Shown one piece after another: positions 40,019 to 53,504 of a stretch of 64,000 nt of DNA. Location of the stretch: NCBI GenBank assembly GCA_000165425.1, contig CT868051.1:1-64000 (forward strand), read 5' to 3'. The translations under genes and the position numbers were made by a program. Position 1 is the stretch's first letter. The number at the start of each line of letters is the position of its first letter. The stretch is from Paramecium tetraurelia (Eukaryota). The notes under the pieces were generated by a model. It ran no database searches, was not told where the DNA came from, and saw only the letters and a list, made by a program, of their open reading frames with translations.

Positions 40019-41358
40019 TCACCTTAAGTACTCTGATCTCTACTTCTCCTTGAATTCCCTCAAGATCTCAGCTGCCTCCTTACTGATAAAGGTTTCTGTG
40101 TCATTAAACTAAGAAAACTTCATTGTGGGTTATTTATAACTATCTCTTTCATTTAATTTATTCAATATCGAATCTATCTGTTGCGTTTCTGCAGAATCGC
40201 AAATCCCCTTCGATTTCAATATCCCACTCAACAACTAAATTGCTTCGATTGCCAATTGCAGTTTTTCATCAGTGCTCATTTTGTAGGTCTAAGCAGGTGT
40301 TTAAGACAACCTATTAATTTGTTGCTAAGAAGGAGTTTGTGGCTACTGGGGTATTGCCGTATTAGAGTTGGATTACTTATTTGTTGTATTAATGAACAAT
40401 TGAGGTTACGACGATGACTTTAGTTAACTTCCATAATTCTATTGTCTTTCTACAGAAGTAACTTACTTATCCAATTACTATAAATTATTTTGTTATTGTT
40501 ATGATTATTGTTACGATTGTGAATTATTCTGTTACAATACATCCAATATTAAGTTGGCTGAATCTCTTACTTGTTTTATCTAATATAATTCAATTATAAT
40601 AAATACCTTATTTGATTTTAATTCATACATTAATTCCTTAAAGTACGAATGTTCCTGAATTTTCTCTTTTTATAGCACCACCAGGGAGTACAATATGTCT
40701 AACGCCATCTTCTTCACTTGCCATTATTGATTTGACAGCAACTATTGCAAATGAGGGATGATTTCATCGGCAAAAATACTAGGATTAATGAACTGCTTTA
40801 CTCTGATTATTCTTCCACACTCAAGATGATTGCAGCCATTCCTTCCAGGATCTCCACTTTCCCATTTTGTTGATTCAACAATGAGATGAATTTCCGAAAG
40901 AGGAACAAGGCATTTTGTTCTAGGATTTCGAAGGACAAGAATTAGACTACTCGTGTCAAACAGAGGGCGTGTTACGCATTCTAATTTAGATGGTTCATGA
41001 GTGGTTTCAGAATGCTATTGAGAACGTCTCCGTCGAAACAACAGAGCTTAACTATTTTCCCTATAATTTCAGCCACTTGGGCACACACGCAACTCATCGA
41101 TTCGAAGTCCTTGATTCTCTTCAATAGATGGGTGAAGATCATGGGTAATTGAGGACTCAAGTTTTCATTGGCACATTCAGCCAATAATCCGAACAATTTC
41201 AATTGTTCTTTGACCACACTAATTTTATCCGATTTGGCTTCTATGAGTACTTAAACTATCATCTGGTATTGATCGCATTCGAGAAATATCTACCTGAATT
41301 GCGGACTTGCAATGGGTTTTTACAATAAGTATTAAAGTTGTTATTTGTAATTTTTCAT
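40019..41358 (-). CDS. HEAT-repeat protein, TORTIFOLIA1/SPIRAL2-like
   Basis: LSPQLPMIFTHLLKRIKD, ILKPLMNHL, WQVKKMALDILYSL, SNKIKQVRDSA; low-complexity and coiled-coil C-terminus. Confidence 0.6.
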
Positions 41359-41433
41359 TCGTTATAATTTTAATTAAAAAGCCTCCATAATTTTATCAAT
41401 ATATTATAGCCCACTTCAGCATAATTATATTTC

Positions 41434-44361
41434 ATGAATTTCTTAAACAAAATATTTGCAAGTGCCCACAATAGAGGCTCTTTTTAAATTGAGGATGTCT
41501 CCGGTTCCGAAGATGATTAGGATGAAATCCCAGAACACCAAGAGATTCCATAATTCAAGAAATAAAGCATCCAACAATTATCGAGTTACAATTCTCGGAA
41601 AAAACCATAACCTAAAATTGGTTAGGCCGATTTCTTGGCTAGATACGATGAAAATTTTGATGATGTATTCGGAGACAAACCCGCCCCAATAGATTTCCCG
41701 AAGAGTAGGAAAAGGAGGCAAGAGGAGGAGGAAGAGGATGAAAATGACAACGAAAGGAAATCATCTAAGAAAAAGACCTAAAGTAGGGAGAGGAAATAAT
41801 AATAATCAAAGGACTAAAAAGATTAAACAAAAGATTTAAAAGAATAATAAAAAGATAATAAAAAAACAACAAAGGAATTTAGAGAGACAATCGATTACAA
41901 GGAATTTATCGACACTAAGGAATTTAAGGACTTTAAGGACTCCTATGAATTTAAAGAACCTCTTGAACCAAAAATATTAAAAGAACCAAAAATAAGATTA
42001 CCAAAATTTCCAAAATAAAGAAAAAGGATTGCTAATAATCATCTTTCAACATTAAGATCGAATTCCGATGGACGAGACAGTGTAAGTAATAAGGATAGGG
42101 AATCTATATAACAAAATAACAAGTATAATCCTAATGAAATTGCATTACCTTAAACAGCATTGCCAAAATCTGAAAAGAAATAAGACAAGTAGAAAACAAT
42201 GTTTTTTACGTTTGGAATGAATGATGATGATAGTGAAAAGGAAATAAAGAATAGAATCAATAATTTATTTTACGATCAAAAGGAAAAGAAAGATCAGAAT
42301 GAATAACTTAAAAATGGTAACAACAATAACAATAACAATAACAATAATAATAATAATAACAATAATAATATCAATAATAATAATAATAACAATAATAATA
42401 ATCATTCAAAAGAAAAGAAAGAGCCAGAAAAGAAACAGAAGAATGAGGAAAAGAAATAGAAGAATGAGGAAAAGAAGTAGAAGAATGAGGAAAAGAACGA
42501 TAGAAATGAGAAGAAATAAAGAAAAGAGAAAAAAGATAAAGAAAAAAAAACTATTAATTACTTGAACGTATTTGATGAGATTAAGAATACATAAAAGAAT
42601 GTCAGTAGTAAATAAAACAGTGAATAAAGAGAAACAAGGAAGATGAACAGTGAATAAAGAGAAAAGAAGAGAGATAAGAAGAGAGAATCGAAGTAAGCTG
42701 GTAAGAAGAATGAAAAGGCAAACTCGAAATCTCCATCTCCTGAGTTGAAACTTATACAATATGAAACTCAAAAGAAAGTAAAAAGAAGCCAAAAAAGAGT
42801 TATTGAGGATTTGGAAATGCTAAATGTAGATGAATTATCATTAAATCCCAATATTGTAGAATGCAAACCCAATTTATATTTAGATTACACACCTGTATAT
42901 GATTGATTGATTTATAAAATAATGTAATCACCTACATCGTCTATAAATAAATTACGAAACTCTCTTACCAGCTTTTATGTCAAAAGCAGCTGTTCCAATA
43001 AAACCTCGCCAATCAAAGAAGATCCTACAATACTCCAAAACCTTTTGAGAATGTAACAGAAGGAAATCGACAGATTGGAACATCAGAATAAGAATCTCTA
43101 AGTCCTCACATAGCATCAATGTTCAATGCTTTATTAAGAGAGAACGTTACGAACAAACTCTACTAAATTGTAAATGCATTCAGATTTACCATAACAACAA
43201 TTACCCAATGCCAGGAATGCTCGAAGATCGACTATAAAGAATGTATTATAGGCCATGAAACCACCACCTCGTAAGATTGTAGTCTCCAATAAACTCTAAA
43301 TGACAAACAACGAATGTTTTAAGCTAAGTTCAATTCTAGAAGCCACTAATTAGCAAGCCAAATAATTATACCATGATGACAGTAGCATATAATTGGTCAA
43401 AGAGATCCTAAAAGATGAGGATTCCTTTATTGATATTATTACGACATATCCTCCTCAATAAGTTTCAATAATGTACGACAAAATTAAGAAATTGATCAAC
43501 GAACATGAATAGATGTTTGAACTGATCTTAAAGTTCAAATCAATCATTGACAACTCTTTTAGCCTATAAAATATTAAGTTACAATTAGAAGCTCTCAATC
43601 AGTTGAGCTAACAGTGCAAGAACATCCTAGAATGCAAAAATGCCTAGATCATTACTCATACTGACGAGACAAGTAAATCATATATACAACATGTCTATAA
43701 CAACAAGTAAATCCTCAATTTGAAGAATGCAAAATTTGATGAACGATTTAAAAATGAGAATTTCAATCAATTATTAGCAGCTCCAATTCTAGACAACAAC
43801 AGATGTCTAGGAGTTATTGTTTGCTAGGATAAGTCAATCAATTTTAGCGACGAAGATGAAATTTTGATCTAATACATATGCAGACAGGCTCAATATATAC
43901 TAAACAATTAAGTATCCAATAATAAAATAGAAATTCAACTTCAGAAGTATCAACACACTCTCAAAAGCTTGTTATTGCTGTAATAAATCGATGATTTAGA
44001 TACTAAATTACACTTCTCAGAATAGAGACTTTGCGAAATTATGAACAGTAATGAATGCAAGATTATCTTACTTTAATAGAACTGCGAGCTACAAAAGAGT
44101 ATCATTTGGGAAGCTATTCAAAACAATCAAACTCTGTTTATTAATAATTGCTACAATCATGAAAACTTCTAACCAAATATAGACATCGATACTCAATTGC
44201 CAATAATTGCTACTCCAATAAAATATCAAAATAAAATTATTGGAGGACTGGAATTTATTTTATATAATAAATAAATTTCATCATTAGATTAGGAAGTTTT
44301 AGATTTGTTTATATAAATTTTGGGAATAAACTTTTATCATTTCACAAACAATTAATTTTGA
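41434..44361 (+). CDS. ~975-aa protein with long charged/low-complexity N-terminus and C-terminal tandem GAF domains
   Basis: Start and stop in the same frame. LLAAPILDNNRCLGVIVCQDKSINFSDEDEILI and FQPNIDIDTQLPIIATPIKYQNKIIGGLEF are GAF-like. No catalytic domain recognised. Confidence 0.8.
42319..42510 (+). repeat. Poly-Gln tract followed by 4 x 21-bp tandem repeat (EKKQKNE)
   Basis: CAA/TAA run 42319-42401; gaaaagaaa(c/t)agaagaatgag-type units 42427-42510. Confidence 0.85.
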
Positions 44362-46347
44362 ATCTCACTAAGATTTGGTAGTTGTGATTTTTAATTTATT
44401 GGAATTTCATTTTATAATTACAACTACTTAATTTAATTTTATAAGTATTTTATTTCAGTTTGCATCTATAACAATTCCTCCTGATTGTCAGAATCCTTTA
44501 ATTTTTAATTCAATTCATTTGTTATATCCAAGAGTTTTTCTCTCTCTTACTTCAACTTCAAAATGACCTCCTTTGAATTCTAAAGCTTTTTACTAAGATT
44601 CTCTATCTGTAGTTTTAATTCACTAGTTACACTTTCCAAATCCTCATTATTTTTTGTTTATGCTTAGAGAATTAAGATTTATTCTTTATATTTCAAGATT
44701 TCCTGCTAGAGCGATTAGATTTTCTCTTTGGCCTAATAACACTCTTGCTTTTGAATATTTAATTCCTAAACCTTCAACAATAACTAATCCTTTGTATTCT
44801 CCATTGTTTGATGCATGTCTTTCACAAACAATTTTAATTGAGTATTTTCCTATTCCAAACTTCGATGATGTTTAGACAAGGATTGCTTGGATTATTTGAT
44901 CTGCTATTGCATAGATCCCCTCTAAAGTAGACTAGATACAGGTCCTTCATCTCCACTAAAGAGGAGTTTTTCAACCGATTCCACCTCTTCCTCCTCATCT
45001 AAGAACTTCATCTTGGGTTATTGAATTGGTTATTGTTGCTATGGCTATTATTAAGATGGTTTCTTATTGGAAGGATTGGATTATTATAATTGTGGTTTTT
45101 TGTTAGTATTATTTAAATTATTATTTTTCCTTAAGGCGACCACTTCCTCTATTAAAATATTATTTTCATTCTTCAATTCTTAAATTTTGGCTGCCATATT
45201 ATCTAGTAATTTGTTGGACTCATTGATTGTCGATTTTAGATTTGCTATTTCATCATTTAATTGAGTGATTTAATAGATCTTCAGATCCAAATCATTCTTT
45301 GATTGTTTTTTATCCAACTCATTATTTTTAATTAATTACTATACTCTTTGTTCATTATCAAAAATCAATCGATTAAGCTTGGTTTCTATTTCCTAACATT
45401 TTTCCTTTTAATTTGCCTCTTGTATTTATAACTTTTCATTTTCAATCAAATACTGTTGTAATTAGTATTCCAATTTTCTAATCTTCTCCTCTGACTGAGT
45501 TTGAATCGATTTCAATTATTGTTGAGTCTGCTCCTTCAACAACTTTCCTTTAGTTTTCTTTTTTTATTTCATCTCCAACATTTTATAATTTGTTTTAATT
45601 GATAGAATCCTATCCCTATTAATCATCGTGATCTCTTTTGATTTAATCAATAATTTATTGTTATTATTAGATTTTCAATTTCAAAAGTTGATTATCATTT
45701 TGAAATTCAGCTATTTGCTCATTGAATTATTGTTTCTGAAGATTAAGTTTCTATTACAATTAAGCATTTTCATTATTGATTTGGATGTGCTATTCTGAAG
45801 CCTGCTCCAACTTAATGATGATGTTCTTTTGATCATTGTTTTTTTGGAGCAGTTATTCGATCTACTCCTTTTAATCATGTAATTGATCCTATTGATTTTT
45901 GAAATACAATTTTTCATTTTTCAATTATTCTAATTAGTGAAGCGTTTATTTGTATTTGGCTTAGAATTAATTTATCTCTTCTTCATGAATGCGCTTTAGA
46001 TATTTAATTTCTTTCCTCTATTCATCATTCTTGGATTTCAAATTATCCCGTTATAATTTCCATTCTTCCTGCTTTCTATGTATCTCAGCTTCCAATTCAA
46101 TATATTCATTCAGCTATTTATCATTCTACTGTTTCAGGGAGAGGAGCTTGTCTGTTATTTCATCCAGTTCCTCATCCCTATCTTTAATAACTCTTAAATT
46201 GTGCTAATAATCATCATAAAGATTCTTGTATTTGCTTTGCAATTCCAATATCAATTGATCCTTCATTAGTAACTATTTCTCTTATTGGGCTATTTTCTAT
46301 CTTTAAAGATAATATAACTATTTTTCCTATTCTTCTATTTCATTCAT
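44337..46347 (-). CDS. Long coiled-coil protein with a frame discontinuity near 45540-45580
   Basis: MNEIEEQEKQLYYLQRQK...LSEIQNQLFVK*; E/Q/K/L heptads. The frame changes by one base near 45560. Confidence 0.75.
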
Positions 46348-46697
46348 ATTATTATTATTATTTTATAATTTGAATAAAATTAGTTTATCAAATTTCCCAT
46401 TTTGCCAATATGTTCATGCCTAAAAGAGAAAGTCAATAGGGAAAATTTGAAATTTTATGATTTGAAAATTCTTTTGGAAGTTTAATCTGTGTGAATAATC
46501 AATAAATAAAACATACTAGATTATTCCAAGATATATTCGAGAAAATTTCCAAAGATGATAATTATAATAAATCAAGAATAGGTCTCCTATTACTAAATTG
46601 ACTAAATTAGATTAAAGATATTGATTGATTTATATTAATATTTGATACTCAATAATGATATTAATTTATATATTGAATATTTTAATAGGAGGAGCAG

Positions 46698-47319
46698 ATG
46701 AAAAAAGCATTGCAAGTACTCAAGACATAAAGTCTCAATTACAACTCTATAAAGTCTGGCTTAAACTATAGAATGACTATAAGAGAGAATGGCCAGAGGA
46801 TGGGACATATTTCAATCAACCTTAATAAATCTAATAATGCTCAAACAAACACAATCCTTAAGAAGCTTCTTTAAAATCAAGAGTATAAAATCTTACGAGA
46901 TTAAACCAAGATGATATTCGAAGGATCCTTCGATGCTTTAAAAGCCTTAACAGGAGTAACAACTTATTACCCAGACACAGGTTAATATATTTATACTAAA
47001 TTTAGGTTTATTAGTGTATGATTTAGAGGCCAACAAACTTATATTGCATTTAACCAAGGAGGATGTGTAATGTTAAGGAATTGTCTTGGGCTATGTCATG
47101 GATTAGGATGCAATCACCATACTGAACTCTCTTAGAGCTTCTACTATTCCATTATAAGCAAGATTGGAAAACACTTATAATTATTACCTAAAGAGAACGT
47201 TGAATGTGAGCTTGGCTGTATCTTTGCTAGTATTTTATAATGCATTTAATGGATCTCAAAAGTCCAAATTTGGTGTTTTTGAGCGTGACGAAAAATCACC
47301 TAAAGTAGATTCTAAATGA
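46698..47319 (+). CDS. Hypothetical protein, possibly a degenerate cyclophilin-like fold
   Basis: MKKALQVLKTQ..YRMTIRENGQRMGHISINL..GIVLGYVMD; one 25-nt intron (46981-47005); TGA at 47317-47319. Confidence 0.55.
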
Positions 47320-48065
47320 ATAAGAATTAAAATTAATATATAATCGAAATCATTGTTAAATATATTATGATTATTGTATTAATTGATAAAATAATTATCA
47401 TTAAGATAAATCAATATTATATTAGTTTTTCTTAATGGATGATTATAAAGACTCAGCACTATTTTATAATTCCGTTAACATTATTTTGTATAACAAATAG
47501 ACAATTTTATCTAAATAGAGTTGGATCCAGTTATTGTAATATATTGAGCTGTTAAAATTATTAAAATAAGGCAACTAAATATATGATAAATATTTAATTT
47601 TTAAAATTTTACTAACATAATAACATAGGATCAAAATATTTGTTTAGATTTTCATTTAAGCAGCCTAATATTTAAAGAAGCAATTGTTGACCTCATATAT
47701 TTAGACTAAGAAGAGTTAAATTCAATTATAATGCTATTAAGTTAAAACATTTCTTAATACATCAAAAGTAGATACACACCGTGTTCTTATTTTTATGATG
47801 AAAAATTAATTTCTTTCATTATAATGAATAGATATTGATTAATTTGATAATTTGATTTTTTTAATAAAATTATATAGAATAGTATTTAAGTTTATCATTT
47901 TTGTCTTTGGCAAAAGTGTCTTATGAGTAAGGGTTAAAATTAATGCAGGTTTTCTAGATATGATTATATAGCAATATTTTATATAGGCTTAAGAAAGTAA
48001 AACAGATAAAGTTTTTTGAGCTTTATTACGACACATTTTATGACATAATTAATCATAAATAACTC

Positions 48066-48963
48066 ATGAACATCCCTCTAACTGTCTCCAATGATCTGCC
48101 ATAACCAAACTTTTACTAGATGAACGAATATAGATAAGTTACAACTAGAACAAATAGCCTATAGATAATGTTCTCTTTACCTGGTATCTAAGTTTAAGAG
48201 TAATTTTAAAAAAAGTCCACATTTAGTTTTGGTAAATATCTAGATATATATAGGTTAACAAAGGGAAAGGTATTTCAATATATTTCCAACAAACTTTTGT
48301 GGACAACCAGCATTATAAATGCCATTATTTACAAGCATAAAAACTCATGTTCCCGAGCGATTTTGCGGGTATAATTTTAATTGTATCAAGTGGTGACTTG
48401 CCCCCATTATTAGTATTTGTATAGAAAAGTTAATAACCAAATCTTTAATAAATACCCTATGGACCAATTCAGGATGGATTCTTTTTGAAATTGGAGAGAA
48501 AGTGGAGATGCAGTTAATGTTGTTTTAATAGGTACAAATATAATTATTATTTCTTTAGATCTCCTCTAGATGTAATTTATATTGAAAATGGTTAAAATGT
48601 GCTCTTAGGATAAATTGAAGTTCCATATGCCATACTACATCAAACTTGTAATATATATGATAGGAATAATAACCTAAAGTATAATATCACTTAAAGGCTT
48701 TTCGGGGAATCTACAAAGCTTAGTTTTTTTCCTTGGGATGAAAGAGAGAGTCAACTTTTCTTTGATATCAAGGATTCAAGAGGTCAAGTATATGCTTAAC
48801 AATATCATTTTAGATAGTTTCATAGATGAGAAAATAGACTAAAAGTAAGTTTAATTATGATGTATCGGTTAATTTTAGTCTTATATTTCCTCAAAATTCA
48901 ATACCTGAGGAGAAGGCTTTACTTTTAGCTGCAATATTAATGTTTGAATGCATGTATTTTTGA
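48066..48963 (+). CDS. Phospholipid scramblase family protein (paralogue B, divergent)
   Basis: LERKWRCSQCCFNRSPLDV, FPQNSIPEEKALLLAAILMFECMYF*. Introns 48232-48253, 48369-48390, 48532-48558, 48788-48813, at the same positions as paralogue A. Confidence 0.85.
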
Positions 48964-49346
48964 AAGTATTTCGAATCATTTATTCAATTTAATTCGAATA
49001 GATAAGTATTTTCATAAATTCGATATTTTTATATAATTTCATCTTTATAAAAAATAATCTCATCTAATTTTTCATTTTAAATTAAATTCATCTGTTTATA
49101 TTTCTGTTTATTTTGGAAAAAGTGAGTTCAAAGAGGCAGCTTAACAATTAGATTTTAATCCTTTCATCTTATTATAAAGTATATTATATCTTATTCTAAA
49201 TATAGTAAGGCAAAATAAATAGTAATAGATTAAGATCATAAGTATTAGTATTACCAAGTTTTTAAATAAAATAATAAGTTGATAATATATTTAGAATCTC
49301 AATTTTATGTTCTAAAATACTCCTGATTATTATATAATATTTTATA

Positions 49347-50645
49347 ATGTTTGATCAAATTTTATTTTAGGAAACAAGGGCTCCTACTTACCAATATGAG
49401 ATCAAGGAGTAGAGCAAGCTCGGGCAATTATTGTATCGCGAATTTAACCAAGGTTATAAATTGTACTTGGATGAGTTCTAAATAAATGATGTTACGAATA
49501 CTTTTGAGGAATTCATTAAGGTGAATGTGGATAATCAAATATTGGGGGTCAAGGAAATAAAATAGCATTTTCAGACCTTAACCATATCGAAACAGAATGC
49601 AAATAAGAAGCAATAAACATTGGTTTTGAGATCCAATTATGGGTTGAAGATTGAGAGTCAGGATTAATATATAAGTGGGACAGTGTTTGACTTTTAGGAG
49701 TGGAGTTGCATAGTGGTGATGATGATCACTCCTGAATTGAATTACGAGTATGTGACTCATTTTCATTCTACGGATAAGCAATACTATTCCTTCTAATTTG
49801 AAATAGGTTAGTCAAATAAGTATATCATTTTCAACCTAAACAAATGCCATATTTGTTTTTATAATGAAAATCTTATCAAATATGAAAAAGTGAAATGTTT
49901 ATAATATTTAGAATATATTATTTAATAAATACATTATACAAATTATTCTTCATTTCATAGAATTGAATTTTAGAATACGCTAAACAAGTAGTAATTTATG
50001 GACTAGTTTTTATTGAAATCCGATGTGATCAAGTGGATTGCCCAGGATTTTGAGTACGAAGACAATCAGAACTATTAGTTATTCAAGCAGATAAGATACA
50101 AGGAGGATATAGCTTATAAGGTCCCTGAGATCTTCATAGCTTTAGGGAGGTTGTCAAAGTTGAAGTATCTTTACATACATAATTAATCAATTGTGGGGGA
50201 ATGTTTGTTTGGCCAAATAGAATTTGGTGATGAGATATTATTTATTGACATTTCGCCTAGTCAGCATTTCATCCATTTTTACGAATGTGAGGCAGAGCCA
50301 GTCTTCAAATTGCAATCCTCAATATGGAGATACAGGAAACCATTCAGCGATTATAAGATAGAATTATTGCAGAAGGATAAAAAGAAGCTTATAAATAAGA
50401 TAAAGTTGAAAGGTAAGGCTGTTAAGGGAAGATACATCTATGCGAAGAAATATTCTCTGTATGTGATATTTCATGGGAAGATGAGAATTGTGCAGAGTGA
50501 AAACATAATGATAAATAGGGTGATAGGGGAATATTCGTAGAAGGATGAAATTGAATTCGAGAGTGAGGATGGACAATGTATAATTAATTTTATATCAATT
50601 TAATAAGATTAAGCATATAAGTACAAATTTAAATTTTTTGAATGA
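49347..50645 (+). CDS. Hypothetical protein (~430 aa)
   Basis: Long TGA-free frame MFDQILFQETRAPTY...KYKFKFFE*, including the track ORF 50193-50540. Confidence 0.65.
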
Positions 50646-50731
50646 TTTGGACTAATGCAAGGAAAAGTATATCTTAAATTGATTATTATACAGTTTTATT
50701 ATAAAATTTTAATAATATAATTTAAGACTGA

Positions 50732-51587
50732 ATGAGAAATAGGAATAAGGTATTGATTCATTGAGACTTTTTAAAGTTAAGAATAAAGGATATTTTGGGA
50801 TAGAATGATATTCTTCTGGATGAAGCAAGCAATGAATAGTTTCGTATTCAGCAAAGGTTCTTGAGGAATCATCAAAACATGTTTGAATAATTGACATCTA
50901 CCCTTACGACGAGGCCATTAACCTTTGCGAAGTTTTCATTTCAGAAGGCCGAATTAGAATAAGACGAATAATTAAGACCCATTGTGGGTGGAATTTATTA
51001 GAATCAGAAACAAGGCTCAATGCTAACCAGCGAACTTTGGTCCAAAAAGCAATTTCGATAATATTTGAAGTAAACCAAGTATCCTTAATGCTTATATGCG
51101 CAGCACATACACAGCCAAGGGAGTTCTGAAAAGATTCGCTCATTGGGAGTGGGATTAGAATTCTAATAAGGATAGATTTAAGAACCTCACTGATAAGGTC
51201 AAATAAACGATTTACACCAATGAGAATGAATTGGTGACCAAGTTGCAGTTGGGCACTAGTGAAGGGGAGAAGAAATTGAGATAGAAAATACTGAGAGATT
51301 GGAGAGTCTAAAAGAGTTATGATATCCAAAAGAAATTAGAGAAGTACAAAGATTCACAGCTTTTAAAATAAAGAGGAACCAAATATAACCAATCAAATTA
51401 ATCATTTGAACAATAATCGTTAAGACAATTATCAAAAAATAATCAATTAATTCATATTATTACAGAACTTTCGGAATTGCAGGAAGATACAAAGAAAGAT
51501 AAAAAGAAATTAGATATGGTGACATAATAAAAGAGAAATACTAATCGTTTATAAAAGATAAATTTTGATTAATTTTTGTAAGACTGA
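50732..51587 (+). CDS. Hypothetical basic protein
   Basis: MRNRNK|LRIKDILGQND...; two introns of 25-27 nt restore a continuous frame to TGA 51585-51587. Confidence 0.55.
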
Positions 51588-51673
51588 TTCTATAAGAATT
51601 GCTTAGACTTTGAATTTAGTTCATTTTTTAAATAATATATAAATTCGACTAGAATGTTGCTCAATAATAATTA

Positions 51674-52675
51674 ATGAACTAATCAAGTTGGTTTTCCCTT
51701 GAAGAAGTAGAGTTGCAACATTAAATTACTGTACCCAATCCTCCAGTCATTAAGGAAAGGAAATTGCCAGAAAAATTAGACATGGAGACTCTCCTCTCTT
51801 AATACAAATCAATTGAAATAAATCCTAATCTGATCAAATACATAGTAGTTGAGAGTGAGACCACTGAGAATTCTAAACAGATCAACTTTAAATCAAAAAT
51901 TAAACTCAAATGTGAGGAAAGAGATTTGGATGGAAGTTTAGCCAATAAGGGTACTAACAACATTCAGGCCACTAAAATCTCCATGGCCTCTAGTATTCCA
52001 TATATCTAAGGCTTGAGATCTGCTTTTCTTTCAATGAAGGAGGGAGATGTTGCCTGGTTCAAATTATCCAATGAATAGATGTACACTGAGTAAGAAATTG
52101 CAAGTGGAATCTAAGTCCAGTCTTTATAAAAATATTTCAAAATTGATATTATAGAAGTAACTCAACCTGAACTACCCCTAGATTTAACTAGTTTAGACAA
52201 GTAAGATTCCCCTATATATTTGTAGTCGTCTAAAGCAATTGGATAGCTTTAAAATTGAAGGAAACCAATTTTATGAAAAGCAATAATATCAAAGTGCACT
52301 ATTGAGATACCAAAGAGGATTAAACTTTTTAGAAAAATGGCCGAAAAAGTTTGAAGACAACCCTGTTGCCATTGAGGCCAAAAGGAACTCCTTATTGGTG
52401 TTATCAAGTAATAAGGCGCAATGTTTGATTAAGTTGCAAGATTTAAAACAAGCCATCTCAGTACTTGAGCCCTTGATTGGTCAAATGAGAAACAAAGTAT
52501 TTATTTGAGTTAGATTTAGCCATTTGAAGTCAAGAATTACTATCGGTTAATTACTTGTTTGCAGAAGGTGGATGAATAGGTGAAGGCAGACTTCTACTTT
52601 AGACAGGTTTCTCATATGTGTTAGTTATCACAAGATGAAAAAATGCTATTCAAATCTATAAAAATTAAGAAGTGA
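51674..52675 (+). CDS. FKBP-like domain plus TPR co-chaperone
   Basis: LIKYIVVE, IQGLRSAFLSMKEGDVAWFKL, FKIDIIEV, then KIEGNQFYEKQQYQSALLRYQRGL and LSSNKAQCLIKL. Confidence 0.8.
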
Positions 52676-52723
52676 AATAAGAGTGTGACAATATATTTAA
52701 ATAAATTTTATTGCTATATAAAA

Positions 52724-53275
52724 TCAATAAAACCCAGGCTATTCCCCTATTAATATGCCATTTTCAAATATTCCCCTTATTTCTTCTTGATCTGTTTTCC
52801 TCCAATCCAGGAGATTATATAACTTATTATCCTGTTTACAGATGCCATCTCCATGGAATTAATTATCTCTGAAGAACCCTGAATAAATTATGTCGTTCTG
52901 ATATTTTAGTACTCCATATCCTTCGAGAATAATGTCATCTTTAGATTCCCTGTATTCTCCTTAATAAGAATATCCATCTTCATAAGTTATTACTCTGTGA
53001 AATGATTTAGTCCCTCCATTTAGAGTTTCTTGTATTGACTTTAGAATCGAAAACTGCTCAGATTTTATTCTGCGTTTCTGAGATTCATTTACATACTAAT
53101 TCTTTGTTTCGATTTTCTGCCTAGTTTTAAAAGCACTAAAAGTGGGAATGCCTTAATAGTGTATTTTAGTGGGTATTGTTTTATCGTTCTTAAACTTTTC
53201 AAACAATTCCCTCTCCTTTAGATTTGAATTCTATAGATTTTTTCTTGGTTGTATTGGATTATAGGCATTTTTCAT
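52724..53275 (-). CDS. MORN-repeat protein
   Basis: YEDGYSYQGEY, LEGYGVLKY, IYSGFFRDNQFHGDG, GIFENG. Confidence 0.8.
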
Positions 53276-53504
53276 GATAATTAGAAAAGGGATCAGAAAT
53301 ATTTAGCAATAAAATAAAATGGGATGTTTTAATTTTTATTATTATATATTTCATTGAGTTAGGTGGACATAAGGAATTGAGTGGGGAGGATCGAAAAGAG
53401 TGAATCATATTGGATTAATTGGAATAATAAAAACATATTAATCAAATTCTACTAGTTTGAATTGAAGTATAATTTGAAATTAAATCATAGCGTATTCCGT
53501 TATT

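Noticed and set aside
42299..42792. Track ORFs that look like hydrophobic or basic small proteins
   Set aside because: Alternative-frame readings of the poly-Q and EKKQKNE repeats in the GAF gene.
47436..47840. Possible short plus-strand ORF
   Set aside because: Ambiguous frame, no motif, length within chance expectation.
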